A stretch of DNA of 64,000 nt from Oscillospiraceae bacterium. Its GTDB lineage: Bacteria; Bacillota; Clostridia; UBA1212; UBA1255. Below the pieces are notes generated by a model, which did not search any database, was not told the origin of the DNA, and worked only from the letters and a program-made list of their open reading frames with translations. Position numbers and translations under genes: made by a program. Shown here piece after piece: positions 48,716 to 57,818 of this stretch; positions within the stretch are counted from its first letter, which is position 1; every line of letters begins with the position of its first letter. The stretch lies in assembly GCA_015069185.1 (NCBI GenBank), contig SVJB01000008.1, forward strand, positions 3,273-67,272. The letters run 5' to 3'.

Positions 48716-49004
48716 GCTCAACTTTTTTCGTTTTAAATTGGAAAAATTTTATGACGAAAATACACGTCTGACTTTACTGCCGTACGTGTTGTGTTATATC
48801 GTGTTACGAAAAAAATTGAGAAAGTTTCACTACAACCGCACATATCAAAAGTGCAAAGAATGAATTGAAAATTAACGATTAGAATGAACGAAATCGTTAA
48901 TTCTGATTTATTTTCGTTCAAACTTGAATTTTAACCGTTAACTATTGCAGTTTTTGATTAAAAAGGTGTATGATAAAGGCAGTATTTTTAAGGAGGAAGC
49001 ATTC

Positions 49005-50420
49005 ATGCAAACTGAAGCTCTTAAAAAAATCGTTTTAGATATAAAATCCGAATCTCAAACCATCGAGTTAAAGGCGGCAACACAAGGCTGTCCTACGAGA
49101 TTATTTGATACTCTTTCGTCGTTTTCCAACCAAGACGAAGGTGGAATTATCATTTTTGGTGTTGATGAAGCAGACAACTATGCTATCAAAGGCGTATATG
49201 ATGCCCAGGATCTTCAAAAGAAAGTGACCGAGCAGTGCAAGCAAATGGAGCCATCCGTCCGCGCTTTGTTCACGGTCTGTGAGCTTGACGGAAAAATGGT
49301 TGTGTCTGCTGAAATTCCTGGTGTTGATATTTCCGAGCGTCCTGTGTTCTATAAAGGTGTAGGTCGTATAAAGGGTTCTTACGTGCGTGTCGGCGAGTAC
49401 GATGAACCAATGAGCGAATACGAAATTTATAGCTACGAAGCTTTCCGAAAGAGAACTCGTGATGATATTCGCGTTGTCGAAAACGGCAAACTCAATATGA
49501 TCGATGAAAAGCGAATGAGTGCTTATCTTGCCGCTGTTAAAAGTGAGAGGAAGAACCTTGCAGAGAATGTTTCCGAAGAGGAAATCTTGGAGCTAATGGG
49601 TATTACCAATGACGGAGTTCCCACGCTTGCAGGACTTATGACCTTCTCAAAATATCCACAAAGCTATTTCCCACAGCTTTGTATCACTGCGGTGTCTCTC
49701 CCTGGGACAGAGCAAGGCGTGGTTGGCAGTGACGGCGAGCGCTTTATTGATAAGAAACGTATTACCGGCGCAATTCCCGATATGCTTGAAGAAGCTGTTG
49801 AATTTGTTCGTAAGAATAGTCGCACCAAGACAATTATAAACGATAACGGACAGCGGGCAGACAAACCCGAATATCCGATAAAGGCCGTTCGTGAAGCGGT
49901 CCTTAACGCTTTGGTACATCGTGATTACAGTGTTCATACAGAAAATGTTCCCATTCGCATTGAGATGTACCGCGACCGTATGGAAATCATCAACAGCGGT
50001 GGTCTGTACGGAAAGATCTCTATCGATGCACTTGGTAAGGTTCGTCCAGAAACACGAAACGCCGCGCTTGCTAATATGCTTGAGCTTTTGAACGTAACTG
50101 AAAACAGTTATTCAGGCATTCCCACTATGCGCAGTGAATTTGCAAGTGCAGGACTTCCCGCGCCGCTGTTTTCTGTCGTTCACGGCGAATTCAAAGTAGT
50201 TATGAAAAACGGTCTGTTTGCAGAAACAATGCCTGTAGCCGATTCACTTGTGGAATTTTGCTCTGTACCCAGAACAAGAGCAGAAATCGTAGCTTTTGTA
50301 GGTAAATCTAAAAACCATGTAATGACGCAGATCGTTGGCCCGCTTGTTGCTGAAGGCAAGCTGAAAATGACTATGCCCGACAAGCCTAAGAGCTCAAACC
50401 AGAAGTTTGTTAAGGCGTAA
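49005..50420 (+). CDS. AlbA_2 (Schlafen-like, divergent AAA) + HATPase_c_4 domain protein, putative nucleic-acid-binding regulator
   Basis: SESQTIELKAA and GGIIIFGVDE (AlbA_2) and AVREAVLNALVHRDYS (HATPase_c_4). ATG 49005 lies 8 nt after AAGGAGG; the track start is TTG 48945. Confidence 0.65.
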   Translation: MQTEALKKIVLDIKSESQTIELKAATQGCPTRLFDTLSSFSNQDEGGIIIFGVDEADNYAIKGVYDAQDLQKKVTEQCKQMEPSVRALFTVCELDGKMVVSAEIPGVDISERPVFYKGVGRIKGSYVRVGEYDEPMSEYEIYSYEAFRKRTRDDIRVVENGKLNMIDEKRMSAYLAAVKSERKNLAENVSEEEILELMGITNDGVPTLAGLMTFSKYPQSYFPQLCITAVSLPGTEQGVVGSDGERFIDKKRITGAIPDMLEEAVEFVRKNSRTKTIINDNGQRADKPEYPIKAVREAVLNALVHRDYSVHTENVPIRIEMYRDRMEIINSGGLYGKISIDALGKVRPETRNAALANMLELLNVTENSYSGIPTMRSEFASAGLPAPLFSVVHGEFKVVMKNGLFAETMPVADSLVEFCSVPRTRAEIVAFVGKSKNHVMTQIVGPLVAEGKLKMTMPDKPKSSNQKFVKA

Positions 50421-50542
50421 GATAGGAGTAAAGGGAAAAATCACAAAATTAGATAGTTTTGTAGCTGTTCAGGTTTATATTGATATGTATTTAATTGAAT
50501 AAGCATTTGTCATATTATTAACTACTTCAAACTAATACCTCC

Positions 50543-50581
50543 CAGCCAAACTAAACAACATTTTAGTTTGGCTGTTTTTTT
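50543..50581 (+). terminator. Strong rho-independent terminator
   Basis: CAGCCAAACTAAA (50543-50555) pairs with TTTAGTTTGGCTG (50562-50574), then TTTTTTT. Confidence 0.8.
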
Positions 50582-50596
50582 ATCAATTTTCCATAA

Positions 50597-50650
50597 TTAA
50601 CAAAACTCAAACATTTCACAAACAAACCCAAAACAACCCCATAATATAAT
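50597..50650 (+). promoter_or_regulatory. Promoter region, copy 1 of a duplicated 32-bp upstream element plus -10
   Basis: TTAACAAAACTCAAACATTTCACAAACAAACC (50597-50628), 16 nt, TATAAT (50645-50650); no good -35. Confidence 0.5.
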
Positions 50651-50686
50651 TCTGCTCGTAAAGTTAAATAAAGGAGCAGATGAAAC

Positions 50687-51304
50687 ATGTCAAAATTAAA
50701 AGAAACAAACGAAAAAATTGCAGAAACAGTAGTAGAAGGCTACAAGAAAATCGAAACAGGCGTAGTAGAAGGCTATAAAAAGATTGAAAAAGGCACAGTT
50801 GATGGTTTTAATAAAGTAAGCGACAAAATCATAGAAAAAGTTTTCACAAAAGAAAATGAAACTGTAGACGAAGCAAAAAAAGACTTACAGGAGATAAATA
50901 ATCATATGCAGCAGGAAATAACTTTCAACTGCAATTATTCAGCAAAAGAAAACAAAGAAATCCTGGAGATACGTAAAAAATATCTGCCTCAAACAGAAAG
51001 CAAACTAGAAGAACTCAGGCGACTTGATAAACAAGTACAAGAAGCCGGCGTTGTTGAGGCAATTGTAGTAGGGATATTGAGCAGCCTTATATTTGGCACT
51101 GGGCTGTGCCTTGCGATGCAGGTAATCGGCAGTGGCATTATGATGATCGTGCTTGGTGTATTGCTTGGCGTAGTAGGAGCCCTTGGCATGATAATTGCGT
51201 ATCCTATTCACCGCAGAGCAGTCAGCCGCGCAAAGGCAAAGAATACACAACGGATTTTAGAATTATCAGCAGAATTAACCGGTGAAAAAACAAGCACAAA
51301 TTAA
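50687..51304 (+). CDS. Membrane protein with N-terminal VVEGYKKIE repeats, unknown function
   Basis: VVEGYKKIETGVVEGYKKIEKGTVDGFNKV repeats. The C-terminal half (YSAKENKEILEIRKKY... plus two TM helices) is paralogous to the 54212 gene. Confidence 0.55.
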   Translation: MSKLKETNEKIAETVVEGYKKIETGVVEGYKKIEKGTVDGFNKVSDKIIEKVFTKENETVDEAKKDLQEINNHMQQEITFNCNYSAKENKEILEIRKKYLPQTESKLEELRRLDKQVQEAGVVEAIVVGILSSLIFGTGLCLAMQVIGSGIMMIVLGVLLGVVGALGMIIAYPIHRRAVSRAKAKNTQRILELSAELTGEKTSTN

Positions 51305-51354
51305 CAAAACTCAAACATTTCACAAACAAACCAAAAACACAAAGGAACTATAAT
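51301..51354 (+). promoter_or_regulatory. Promoter region, copy 2 of the duplicated 32-bp upstream element plus -10
   Basis: The identical 32 bp lie at 51301-51332, with the same 16-nt distance to TATAAT (51349-51354). The element starts at the stop codon of the upstream gene. Confidence 0.5.
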
Positions 51355-51391
51355 CAACATGTACAAAATAAGGAAAGGCAAGGTAAACAAA

Positions 51392-51634
51392 ATGGGAGAA
51401 TTTTTCAAAAACGCATTTAAAGATATGAAGGAAAGTGCTAAGGCACAGCATGAAGTAGACAAAGCAAACTTTGCAGCAGCAAAGGCCGAGTCCAAGGCTC
51501 AGTTTGAAGAAGCAAAAGCAATTCGCAATCCGGACAAGCGCAAAGCGATGATGCAGGCAGATCGCGATGCTAAGATTGCAGAAGCAAAGGAGCGTCAAGC
51601 AGCTGCACAAGCAAGAATAGATGCATTAAAGTAA
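51392..51634 (+). CDS. Small K/A/E-rich coiled-coil protein, unknown function
   Basis: 80 aa, MGEFFKNAFKDMKESAKAQHEVDKANFAAAKAESKAQFEEAKA... The track start at 51359 would lie at or before the predicted transcript start. Confidence 0.45.
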   Translation: MGEFFKNAFKDMKESAKAQHEVDKANFAAAKAESKAQFEEAKAIRNPDKRKAMMQADRDAKIAEAKERQAAAQARIDALK

Positions 51635-51772
51635 TATAATTATGAATTGGACTGGGAAGCATTCAGCAACTTGTGCTTAAGAAAACAAGTTTGGTGTAAA
51701 GACTTAAACAAAACTTTAACATTTGAGTGTTATTCTGTATAATGTCAAAAGATATTATGCGGAGGGATGCTC

Positions 51773-52444
51773 ATGTTCAGAATATTAGTTGTAGAAGATG
51801 ATAAGGAGCTAAACAGGACAGTTTGCTCCTTTTTGAATCATAGTGGTTATGAGGCCACAGGATGCCTCGATGCTACAAAGGCGTATGATGCCCTTTACGA
51901 AAATGTATATGATCTGATCGTGTCTGATATCATGATGCCGGGAATAGACGGTTTTGAATTTGCTAAAAACGTCCGTGAATTGAACACTGATATTCCCATA
52001 TTATTTATGACGGCCCGTGATGATATTGCCTCTAAACAAAGAGGTTTCCGTATTGGTATAGATGATTATATGGTAAAGCCTATTGATCTTGATGAGCTTT
52101 TTCTGCGTATAGGAGCTTTGCTCAGACGCGCTAAGATTGCATCAAACAGGAAACTTGAGATAGGCAGCTTTGTTATGGACGCTGATGAACATACTGCGTA
52201 TCTTAATGATGAAGAGATTCCCATGACAAACAGAGAATTCAGCATACTGTATAAGCTTCTTTCTTATCCAAAGAAAACTTTTACCAGAACTCAGCTTATG
52301 GACGAGTTCTGGGATGCTGACACAGAAACAGCACCAAGAGCAGTGGATGTTTATATGACAAAGCTTCGCAGCAAACTTACTGAATGTGAAGACTTTGAGA
52401 TTGTTACGGTGCACGGTCTGGGCTATAAGGCGGTGATAAAGTGA
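51773..52444 (+). CDS. OmpR/PhoB-family response regulator
   Basis: ILVVEDD, DLIVSDIMMPGIDG and the winged helix NREFSILYKLLSYPKKTFTRTQL. ATG 51773 lies 6 nt after GGAGGG. Confidence 0.9.
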   Translation: MFRILVVEDDKELNRTVCSFLNHSGYEATGCLDATKAYDALYENVYDLIVSDIMMPGIDGFEFAKNVRELNTDIPILFMTARDDIASKQRGFRIGIDDYMVKPIDLDELFLRIGALLRRAKIASNRKLEIGSFVMDADEHTAYLNDEEIPMTNREFSILYKLLSYPKKTFTRTQLMDEFWDADTETAPRAVDVYMTKLRSKLTECEDFEIVTVHGLGYKAVIK

Positions 52445-53517
52445 AAAGAAAATCCGCTATAAAAACAATTTTACATGCGCTAAATCACTTTTTTGTTTTT
52501 TTCACCATTGTAGCCTTTGCAATTACTTGCTGTACAGCATTATTTGTTTCTATAATGTCAAAAACTATGGGCATTGTGCTAACCGCAGAACATATTGAAG
52601 CTGCCGCAAAACTGACTTTTTGGAATGTAGCACTGTTAAGCTTGCTTTTTACCGTGATTGACACCATAAGAAGAAAACTTACTGTAGAGCGACCTGTAAA
52701 TAGAATTAAACAGGCTGCGGATAAGATTATGCAAGGAGATTTTACTGTCAGAATAGAACATCGAAATAAATTTGCATCGGACGGCATGTTTAATGATGTA
52801 ATTGATTGCTTTAATAAAATGGCACAAGAGCTTGGTAGTGTGGAGACTTTGCGCACAGATTTTGTGGCCAATGTATCTCATGAAATGAAGACTCCTCTTA
52901 GTGTGATGCGTAATTACGGAACACTACTTCAAACACCGGATTTATCTGAAGAAAAGAGACTGGAGTATGCAAGAGGCGTTACAGAAAGTGCTCGCCAAAT
53001 GGCAGATATGATGACCAATATCCTGAAACTTAACCGACTTGAGAATCAACAAATATATCCTAATGCAGTAGAGTTCAATCTTGGAGAACAGCTTTGTGAA
53101 TCTTTACTTCAATATGAAACAGTATGGGAAAAGAATGGTATACAGATTGATACAGATATTGAAGAAAATGTTAGAGTTCTGGCAGATGCCGAGCTTTTGA
53201 GCCTTGTGTGGAACAATTTATTTTCAAATGCATTTAAGTTTACCCCTGCAGGTGGTAAGGTGACTGTTACATTAAAGACAACAGAACATCATGCAATAGT
53301 GCGAGTGGCGGACACTGGTTGCGGCATGTCTCCGGAAGTAGGCGCTCATATTTTTGAAAAGTTTTACCAGGGCGATACTTCTCATTCTACAAGAGGCAAT
53401 GGCCTTGGACTTGCTTTGGTTAAACGAGTTATTGATATTATGCAAGGCGAGATACGTGTAGAGAGTGTTGTAAATCAAGGTTCGGTATTCACCGTTACAA
53501 TAAGCAGAGCGCAATAA
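52441..53517 (+). CDS. Sensor histidine kinase (two TM helices, HAMP, HisKA, HATPase_c)
   Basis: H-box SHEMKTPLS, DTGCGMS and GLGLALVK. The GTG start overlaps the regulator stop (GTGA). Confidence 0.9.
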   Translation: MKRKSAIKTILHALNHFFVFFTIVAFAITCCTALFVSIMSKTMGIVLTAEHIEAAAKLTFWNVALLSLLFTVIDTIRRKLTVERPVNRIKQAADKIMQGDFTVRIEHRNKFASDGMFNDVIDCFNKMAQELGSVETLRTDFVANVSHEMKTPLSVMRNYGTLLQTPDLSEEKRLEYARGVTESARQMADMMTNILKLNRLENQQIYPNAVEFNLGEQLCESLLQYETVWEKNGIQIDTDIEENVRVLADAELLSLVWNNLFSNAFKFTPAGGKVTVTLKTTEHHAIVRVADTGCGMSPEVGAHIFEKFYQGDTSHSTRGNGLGLALVKRVIDIMQGEIRVESVVNQGSVFTVTISRAQ

Positions 53518-53529
53518 GAGGGAAGAAAC

Positions 53530-54222
53530 ATGTCCGGACTATATAACAAGATTAAAGAATCTCCTGTGATAAATAGATACATGTCGGAACCGGCTTTTCG
53601 TACGCGAGTCTCTTTGCACATAACGCTTTGTATGAATTTGTTATATGTGGGAATAAACATATTATCTTTTTTTCTGTATAGATCTGCATGGTTTATTTTG
53701 TTGGCTGTATATTACCTTATTTTGGTTATTATGAGATTAATACTAGCCAGATATGTGAGGAAAAATGGCATTGGAAACAATCACACAGGTGAACTGAAAA
53801 TAAATAGAACCTGTTCTGCAATATTACTGACTGTAAACATTAGCCTTACCGGCGCAGTGCTTATGATGTTATATCAGGAAAGAGGCTTTGAATATCACGG
53901 TTTCCTGATATATGCTGTGGCAATCTATACATTTTATATAACCATACATGCTATAGTAAGCATGGTTAAGCACAGAAAGTATAATAGTCCTGTTATAATG
54001 ACCACAAAAGCAATTGCTCTGTCAGCGTCTTTATTTTCACTTCTGGCATTGCAAACTGCCATGTTTTCACAGTTTGGACAGGACATGCTTATTGAACACA
54101 AAAGGTTAATGATTGCTCTGACAGGTGCCGGCATAAGCATCACTGTTATTACAATGTCTATATATATGATTATAAAATCTTCAATAGGAATCAGAAAGGA
54201 AAGTAGTAAAAATGGAGAATAA
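53530..54222 (+). CDS. Polytopic membrane protein, unknown function
   Basis: 230 aa with about 6 hydrophobic helices; tightly coupled to the kinase and to the next gene (11-nt overlap). Confidence 0.5.
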   Translation: MSGLYNKIKESPVINRYMSEPAFRTRVSLHITLCMNLLYVGINILSFFLYRSAWFILLAVYYLILVIMRLILARYVRKNGIGNNHTGELKINRTCSAILLTVNISLTGAVLMMLYQERGFEYHGFLIYAVAIYTFYITIHAIVSMVKHRKYNSPVIMTTKAIALSASLFSLLALQTAMFSQFGQDMLIEHKRLMIALTGAGISITVITMSIYMIIKSSIGIRKESSKNGE

Positions 54223-54619
54223 AGAGTCGTTTAGTTATACTTATTCTGCAGCTGAGCAGGAAGAAATAAAAAAAATACGCAGCAAATATGTTAGCAAAGA
54301 CCTCTGTGAAAAGGAGGACAAAATTGCATATTTGCGCAGGCTCGATAATAATGTTGTCCAGAAGGCTACAATGCTCTCGCTTATTGTTGGGGTGATAGGC
54401 ACATTGATTCTGGGTTTTGGTATGAGTTTGTTTATGACTGATCTGGACAAACTTCTTGGAAAATTTGAGAATGCAGCGCTCCCGATTGGTGTGGTTATTG
54501 GGATAGTTGGTATTATATTTATCTGTGCAGCATATCCGATATATAATCGTACTCTGATTAAGGAACGAGCAAAAATTGCACCGGAAATAATTCATATAAC
54601 AGACGAGTTAATGAAGTAA
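54212..54619 (+). CDS. Small two-TM protein, paralog of the C-terminal half of the 50687 gene
   Basis: YSAAEQEEIKKIRSKY...LRRLDNNVVQKA...AAYPIYNR aligns with YSAKENKEILEIRKKY...LRRLDKQVQEAG...IAYPIHRR. Confidence 0.55.
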   Translation: MENKESFSYTYSAAEQEEIKKIRSKYVSKDLCEKEDKIAYLRRLDNNVVQKATMLSLIVGVIGTLILGFGMSLFMTDLDKLLGKFENAALPIGVVIGIVGIIFICAAYPIYNRTLIKERAKIAPEIIHITDELMK

Positions 54620-54785
54620 ACAATTATCGTAAATAGATTATCTTGACACTATCACATCTGCAAAAAATTGATTTAACATAACAAATATGATATACTCGCA
54701 AACAATATTTACCCAAAAGGTTGTCATTTTTTGACTAGTCTATGGGACGTTAAATAATATAATTTATTAAGGAGCTTATGTAGTC

Positions 54786-56204
54786 ATGAGAAAAAAATAT
54801 CTAAGTGTTGTTTTAATTCTTGTAATTCTAGTCACATCCTTATTTGGTTGCAGTAGTCCGTCTGTTACTTCTCCGACAGCATCTCCTGAACCGCAGAATG
54901 ATGCCCATCTTCTGGGCGTAAGTGACATGGCGCTTACTGTGTGTGCTATGAGTGATGTACATATGGGAGATAATAACACTGAAGAGAGCTTTACCAGAGC
55001 GATGAGATTTATGAAAAATGCAAATGTATCGCCGGATGCATATATCTTTGCAGGAGACTTGACTAATACTACAGCAATAAGTTTATCTTCGGCGCAGGTT
55101 GAGAAATTCAAGAATATTTACGAGCAGTTTGCATCTCCGTCTCAGATGGTGTATTGTTTGGGTCCTTCCCATGACGTACCTCATTCAGAATCAACAGAAG
55201 CCGCACAGAAAGTTTTCACAGATACTTTCGGACAGGAATATTATTCTTCTAATCTTGAGACAGAAGAGGCAAGAGCACAAGGTGTCAGATGGACAAAGAT
55301 AAAGGGATATAATTTCTTTGCGTTGGATTGGAACGGCCAATCTGGTACAGGCGCTCCGGCAAACAAAATTCTGACATGGCTTCGTAAGACATTGCAAGCG
55401 GAGACTGACGCAGACCCTGATAAACCGATTTTTGTAACAGTGCATGTACCGGATATAAGTATGGTTAGGGCAGTGCTACTGCGTTTTCCTCAGGTAATAT
55501 GTTTCACAGGACATGTACATAATTCTGTAGCAAGAGAAGACTCCATTAACCAGGATTATAAATTTACCAATATCCATTGCGGTGGCCAGAACTATTACCG
55601 TGTAAACGGCTATGAGCGCTTTAGTGAAGATCCTTTTTTGGATTTGGGTGATATATACGCCTTTGGTCAGGCTGTTTATCTACAAGTGGATCAGAACAAT
55701 AATGTTGCTATTACTAGAGTAGATACATATAACGGTAAGATTATTGGTGAAAAATGGGAAATCGGTCCTGGTAAAAGAGATATCTATACAAAGGATAGAA
55801 TTGACACTGTAGCAAAGTGCATGTTCCAGGAAAATGCAATATTAGATATTAAACAAATAGAAAATAAATTAATAGTTTCATTTGATGCTTGCAAAACAGG
55901 TGGCGCAGGACCTGCTCTGTATTATCAAATTCAAATATATGCACCTAATGTGAGAGGAAAATATGTTGTCAAAGATCACAAGGAAATTGCATCCCAACAA
56001 GTTTTCTATCCTAATGACGAAGGCATCCCATCACTCCACTATTCTTACACATTTAGTGATCTTGACTGCCTTGATAATTATGCGGTTGTTGTTACGGCTA
56101 TAGATTGTTGGAATACATCTGGCAATGCATTAATATACACAAACGGAACATATGAGTCAGATATACCTGCGGGTGGAATAGTTAATTTTGTCAAAGAAAA
56201 GTGA
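54786..56204 (+). CDS. Calcineurin-like metallophosphoesterase lipoprotein
   Basis: Lipobox LVTSLFGCSS; the metal-ligand motifs are SDVHMGDN, AGDLTN, VTVHVP and TGHVHN. Confidence 0.7.
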   Translation: MRKKYLSVVLILVILVTSLFGCSSPSVTSPTASPEPQNDAHLLGVSDMALTVCAMSDVHMGDNNTEESFTRAMRFMKNANVSPDAYIFAGDLTNTTAISLSSAQVEKFKNIYEQFASPSQMVYCLGPSHDVPHSESTEAAQKVFTDTFGQEYYSSNLETEEARAQGVRWTKIKGYNFFALDWNGQSGTGAPANKILTWLRKTLQAETDADPDKPIFVTVHVPDISMVRAVLLRFPQVICFTGHVHNSVAREDSINQDYKFTNIHCGGQNYYRVNGYERFSEDPFLDLGDIYAFGQAVYLQVDQNNNVAITRVDTYNGKIIGEKWEIGPGKRDIYTKDRIDTVAKCMFQENAILDIKQIENKLIVSFDACKTGGAGPALYYQIQIYAPNVRGKYVVKDHKEIASQQVFYPNDEGIPSLHYSYTFSDLDCLDNYAVVVTAIDCWNTSGNALIYTNGTYESDIPAGGIVNFVKEK

Positions 56205-56342
56205 TGGCATAAAAACTTAATGATATTGTCTGTACAATATCTCTGCAGACATGTTATGAAGTTATTGTATCCCATGAACAAATGTTGAAAAAGTTTATAT
56301 TTAGATATATAATTGAAAAAAATATTTTCAAGGAGAAAATCG

Positions 56343-57785
56343 GTGAAAAAGCAGTATAAAATCTTATTAACATTAGTTGTGGCTGTCCTTTGCGGAGCAT
56401 CTGTATTCGGCATGTGTTGGGGCTACTTCTCGACAGGAAGCGACGATTCACAATTATCAAATAGTAACAATAAAACCGCGGCTCCGGTAAAGCCTACCGC
56501 AACTGTGAAGCCTACAGTACAGCCTACCGCAAAGCCAACAAGCCAACCTACCGCACAGCCTACTGCGACACCGGAAGTAACAGAAGACAGAACAACAATT
56601 CCGGGTGAGGTTGTTGTATTTGCAGGAGATGGTTGTTATACATGGTGGACAAACGCCCTTGCTTTCAGATACAAAGGCCAGAAGAATCAAACTTACTTGT
56701 CATATGTAAATGAAGAAGGACAAATGTCACTGGCATCATTTGATCATGACAAGGCAGAATTTAATTATAGCAATCTGGCTGATTTTGAGAAAGATGACCA
56801 TAACTCAGCAGCTCTTACAATCCTCCCTAACGGAAAGATCCTTGCAGTATATGCCCGCCATAGTGCTGACAAATTTATAAGGTGGAGAATATCCAATGAA
56901 CCGGAGGACATAACAAGCTTCGGTGAGGAACAACGCATAACAAGTGGAGGCACAGTAACATATATTCAGCTTCATAAAATCAGTGATTCTGAATACAGAA
57001 TTTTCTACAGATATTCAATGAGTCATTGGTCTACAAGAATATACAACTGGGTTGAAGATACCTGGACTGACGAGATTGTATGGCTTACAGAACCACTGGG
57101 AAAACAGTTTTATTTATGGACACAAGAGGATAAACAAGAAGGCAAGATAAATGTATTTATGACTGCGCACCCTGTAAACGGACCTGATCAGAATATCAGA
57201 TACGGATACTTTGATGAGGATGGAAAAATATATACAACAGGTGACAAGCTTCTGGGAGACCTGAATGTAGCAGCTACCAATGTTCTCAGCCCCAGAGATT
57301 TTGATGTGGTATACGAGGCCAAAGAAGGAGAACACACAAGACTATATGATGTTTCATATATGGGAGACAGGGTAGGTGTGTTATACGGAGTTGGTAATGA
57401 CGGATACAACAGCAAATATTATTACGCATATTATGATAATGCTAAGGGGCAATGGGTAAACAATTATATTTGTGACTCCGGTAAGGCGGCTGTTGTTGGC
57501 AATATGTATTTTGGTGGTTTGTCATTTGACAAAAAAGATATGCAGACACTCTATGTTGCCAGAAGAGAAGGGGACTTATACAGAATGGAGAAATGGACCA
57601 CTACGGATTATGGCGCTACCTGGTCTGCCCCTGTTGTTATAGATGAATCAACAAGTGCCACAAAGATAATCATGAGACCGATTATTCCTTATAACGCATC
57701 AGAAGATATTGATGTAATTTATATAAAAGGCAGATATCCTACATATCTGACATATGATACAGACATTGTATTCTATGCAGACTAA
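56343..57785 (+). CDS. Membrane-anchored BNR/Asp-box beta-propeller protein (BNR_4-like) with PT-rich linker
   Basis: There is an N-terminal anchor and a KPTATVKPTVQPTAKPTSQPTAQPTATP linker. EKDDHNSAAL and a TTDYGATWS Asp-box follow. GTG 56343 lies 7 nt after AAGGAG; the track start is TTG 56313. Confidence 0.5.
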   Translation: MKKQYKILLTLVVAVLCGASVFGMCWGYFSTGSDDSQLSNSNNKTAAPVKPTATVKPTVQPTAKPTSQPTAQPTATPEVTEDRTTIPGEVVVFAGDGCYTWWTNALAFRYKGQKNQTYLSYVNEEGQMSLASFDHDKAEFNYSNLADFEKDDHNSAALTILPNGKILAVYARHSADKFIRWRISNEPEDITSFGEEQRITSGGTVTYIQLHKISDSEYRIFYRYSMSHWSTRIYNWVEDTWTDEIVWLTEPLGKQFYLWTQEDKQEGKINVFMTAHPVNGPDQNIRYGYFDEDGKIYTTGDKLLGDLNVAATNVLSPRDFDVVYEAKEGEHTRLYDVSYMGDRVGVLYGVGNDGYNSKYYYAYYDNAKGQWVNNYICDSGKAAVVGNMYFGGLSFDKKDMQTLYVARREGDLYRMEKWTTTDYGATWSAPVVIDESTSATKIIMRPIIPYNASEDIDVIYIKGRYPTYLTYDTDIVFYAD

Positions 57786-57818
57786 AGCATACTCAATATA
57801 AAAGGTGGTGTTCAAAAG

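Noticed and set aside
48432-48921. Minus-strand ORFs of 78 aa and 62 aa, and an 87-aa plus-strand ORF, around the tRNA.
   Set aside because: They overlap the tRNA gene and its terminator or the AT-rich spacer. They have no RBS and their translations are implausible.
50421-50600. Direct repeat of the tRNA-Arg 3' end that would mark the far boundary (attR) of an integrated element.
   Set aside because: I did not find it by eye here or in the other intergenic gaps I checked. The island boundary therefore remains undefined, and a computed repeat search is needed.
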